DNA of 64,000 bases. Origin: Gammaproteobacteria bacterium (GTDB taxonomy: Bacteria; Pseudomonadota; Gammaproteobacteria; Ga0077536). The DNA is taken from assembly GCA_965217605.1 (NCBI GenBank), contig CBDCJB010000005.1, forward strand, positions 1,942-65,941, given 5' to 3'. The notes below the pieces were generated by a model. The model had not been told where the DNA came from. It made no database searches and saw only the letters and a program-made list of their open reading frames with translations. Shown piece after piece: positions 62,175-64,000 of this stretch (position 1 is its first letter; every line of letters begins with the position of its first letter). A program made the translations under genes and the position numbers.

Positions 62175-63233
62175 ATGGAAAACTTCGATCAGGCGAAATT
62201 TGAAGCACTCCAGGGCAAGGTCCTGACGGACGTCGGCGGGGCCGTCGGTCTGTTGATGGCCTACATCGGCGATCAATCGGGCGTGTACAGCGCGCTCGAA
62301 GCCATCGGGCCTTGCGGCTACGAAGCGCTGGCAGAAAAAGCGAACGTCGACGCACGGTATCTGCGCGAATGGCTGTCCTCGAACGCGGCGGCGGGCTACG
62401 TCACCTATCACGCGCAAGACGACACCTTCAGCCTGAAGCCCGAGCAAGCGGCAATCTTCTCCCACGAAGGTGAGCCGACGTGCATGCAAGGATTCTTTCA
62501 GGCCGTAGTCGGGCAGTATGCGACGCACGATACGGCCGTGGACGTATTCCAATCGGGCCGCGGCCGGCCATGGTCCGAACACGACGGCTGCTGTTTCTGC
62601 GGCACCGATCGATTCTTCCGGCCCGGCTACGTCGCGAATATCGCCGACAACTGGATCACGGCGCTCGACGGCGTCGAAGACAAGCTGAAAGCAGGCGCGA
62701 AGGTCGCCGACATCGGCTGCGGCCTGGGCTCGTCCACCATCCTCATGGCGCAGTCCTTCCCGAATTCCACGGTGTACGGCTTCGACTTTCACGAGCCCTC
62801 GATAGAAAAGGCGAAGCTCAGCGCGCGCGAAGCGGGCGTCACGAATGCCGAGTTCGAGGTGGTCACCGCCAAGGGATTTCCCGGCGACGATTACGATTTC
62901 GCCTGCATCTTCGATGCGTTGCACGACATGGGCGATCCGGTCGGCGCCGCGAGTCACATCAGGCAATCATTGAAACCCGACGGCACCTTCATGCTGGTCG
63001 AGCCGATGGCCGGCGATACGCTGACCGATAACCTGCACGTGTTGGCGGGTATTTTTTACGGGTTCTCGACCACGGTGTGCGTGCCGACCTCACGGGCGCA
63101 GGAAGTCGGTCTTGGACTCGGCGCGCAGGCCGGCGAGAAACGCCTGACGGAGATACTCACCGAAGCCGGTTTCTCACGCGTGCGACGGGCGACGGAGACC
63201 CCGACCAATATGGTGTTGGAGGCGCGGATCTAG
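62175..63233 (+). CDS. Class I SAM-dependent methyltransferase with N-terminal winged helix
   Basis: RYLREWL, ADIGCGLG, FDALHDMGDP, GLGAQAGE. Confidence 0.9.
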   Translation: MENFDQAKFEALQGKVLTDVGGAVGLLMAYIGDQSGVYSALEAIGPCGYEALAEKANVDARYLREWLSSNAAAGYVTYHAQDDTFSLKPEQAAIFSHEGEPTCMQGFFQAVVGQYATHDTAVDVFQSGRGRPWSEHDGCCFCGTDRFFRPGYVANIADNWITALDGVEDKLKAGAKVADIGCGLGSSTILMAQSFPNSTVYGFDFHEPSIEKAKLSAREAGVTNAEFEVVTAKGFPGDDYDFACIFDALHDMGDPVGAASHIRQSLKPDGTFMLVEPMAGDTLTDNLHVLAGIFYGFSTTVCVPTSRAQEVGLGLGAQAGEKRLTEILTEAGFSRVRRATETPTNMVLEARI

Positions 63234-63703
63234 GCGCTTTTTGAACGCTGCCAGTCCGCGAGCGTGTCTTTCGCTTTGGCTGCGTCGAAGGACCCCGAAC
63301 CGGATTTGGGCGTACAGAGCTCGACGACGTAGCCGTTGGGATCGCGGAAATAGATGGAATCGGCGAAGCCATGATCCGCGATCCCGCGTGATTCGATCCC
63401 GAGCGATTGCCCTTTCGCCAGCATGGTATCTAACACGGGTGGTTCGACGGTGAGCGCGATATGCAGGTCGTAATCGTGTTGGTTCTTGAACTCGAACGGT
63501 TCGTCCGGCACCTCGAAAAAGGCCAGGCAGGAACCGTCGTCCATCTGAAAAAACGAGTGCAAGACGTTGGTGGTGCGTCCCGTTTTCGATTCTTCGATCC
63601 ACAACGCTTCGACGAACGGCAAGCCGAGGAAACCCTCGTAGAACGCGCGGGTCTCTTCGGTGTCTCGGCAGCGGTAAGCGCTGTGGTGCAGGCCCTTTAT
63701 CAT
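63230..63703 (-). CDS. VOC/glyoxalase family protein
   Basis: GLHHSAYRC, LAFFE, LHIAL, SIYFRDPNGYVVEL. Confidence 0.9.
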   Translation of the reverse strand: MIKGLHHSAYRCRDTEETRAFYEGFLGLPFVEALWIEESKTGRTTNVLHSFFQMDDGSCLAFFEVPDEPFEFKNQHDYDLHIALTVEPPVLDTMLAKGQSLGIESRGIADHGFADSIYFRDPNGYVVELCTPKSGSGSFDAAKAKDTLADWQRSKSA

Positions 63704-63885
63704 CGGCGTCTCCTTACACACGGAATCATCCGTGCGCGGCTGGATTCGTTCATATAATCCCTATTCTAAGCGCGAATAAGACCTGTCGTCGCGCGACCAA
63801 CGCCTCGCGGCTGCTTGCTGTTGACGAGCGGGCCGACGTCGCGCCCCTGCTATACTCGATCGAAACCCGAAACGGAGACACGCCC

Positions 63886-64000
63886 ATGGCCGCCAACGAC
63901 GAAGCCGACCGCGACGCTCGCATCGCGTCCATGATCACGATGCACGATTACCAGTGGCTGTTACTTCACACCCTGCACGCGGCGGCGTCGAAGCACCTCG
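63886..64000 (+). CDS. Hypothetical protein, 5' fragment
   Basis: GGAG before ATG, TGcTATACT extended -10 at 63848-56, frame open to window end. Confidence 0.5.
   Translation, partial: MAANDEADRDARIASMITMHDYQWLLLHTLHAAASKHL

Noticed and set aside
61600-62226. ORFs starting MKRSGIR on both strands
   Set aside because: Translations of the REP palindrome

Overview
GC-rich gammaproteobacterial chromosome segment spanning the probable replication origin. Positions 1-41.7 kb are core genome: desA-like desaturase (partial), Gld-type ABC operon with mutM, ggt-yfhL-coaD-rsmD-M16 peptidase pair, ftsYEX-rpoH, aa3-type cox operon, bioBFCD/comF, gyrB-recF-dnaN-dnaA, rpmH-rnpA-yidC-mnmE and LPS-type glycosyl/sulfotransferases. 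Positions 41.7-64 kb hold about 20 catabolic-type enzymes (two hydantoinase/oxoprolinase A+B pairs, three LLM enzymes, amidohydrolase, MBL, M24, a StyC-like membrane isomerase) with no recognisable regulator or transporter. Notable signals: a perfect CIRCE overlapping a sigmaE-type promoter before rpoH, two parS sites in recF, a MITE filling the coaD-yfhL spacer, two GTAG-type REP families, and rsmD and rnpA lacking canonical start codons. No rRNA, tRNA, CRISPR array or transposase was seen. All calls are by-eye motif recognition; no searches were run.
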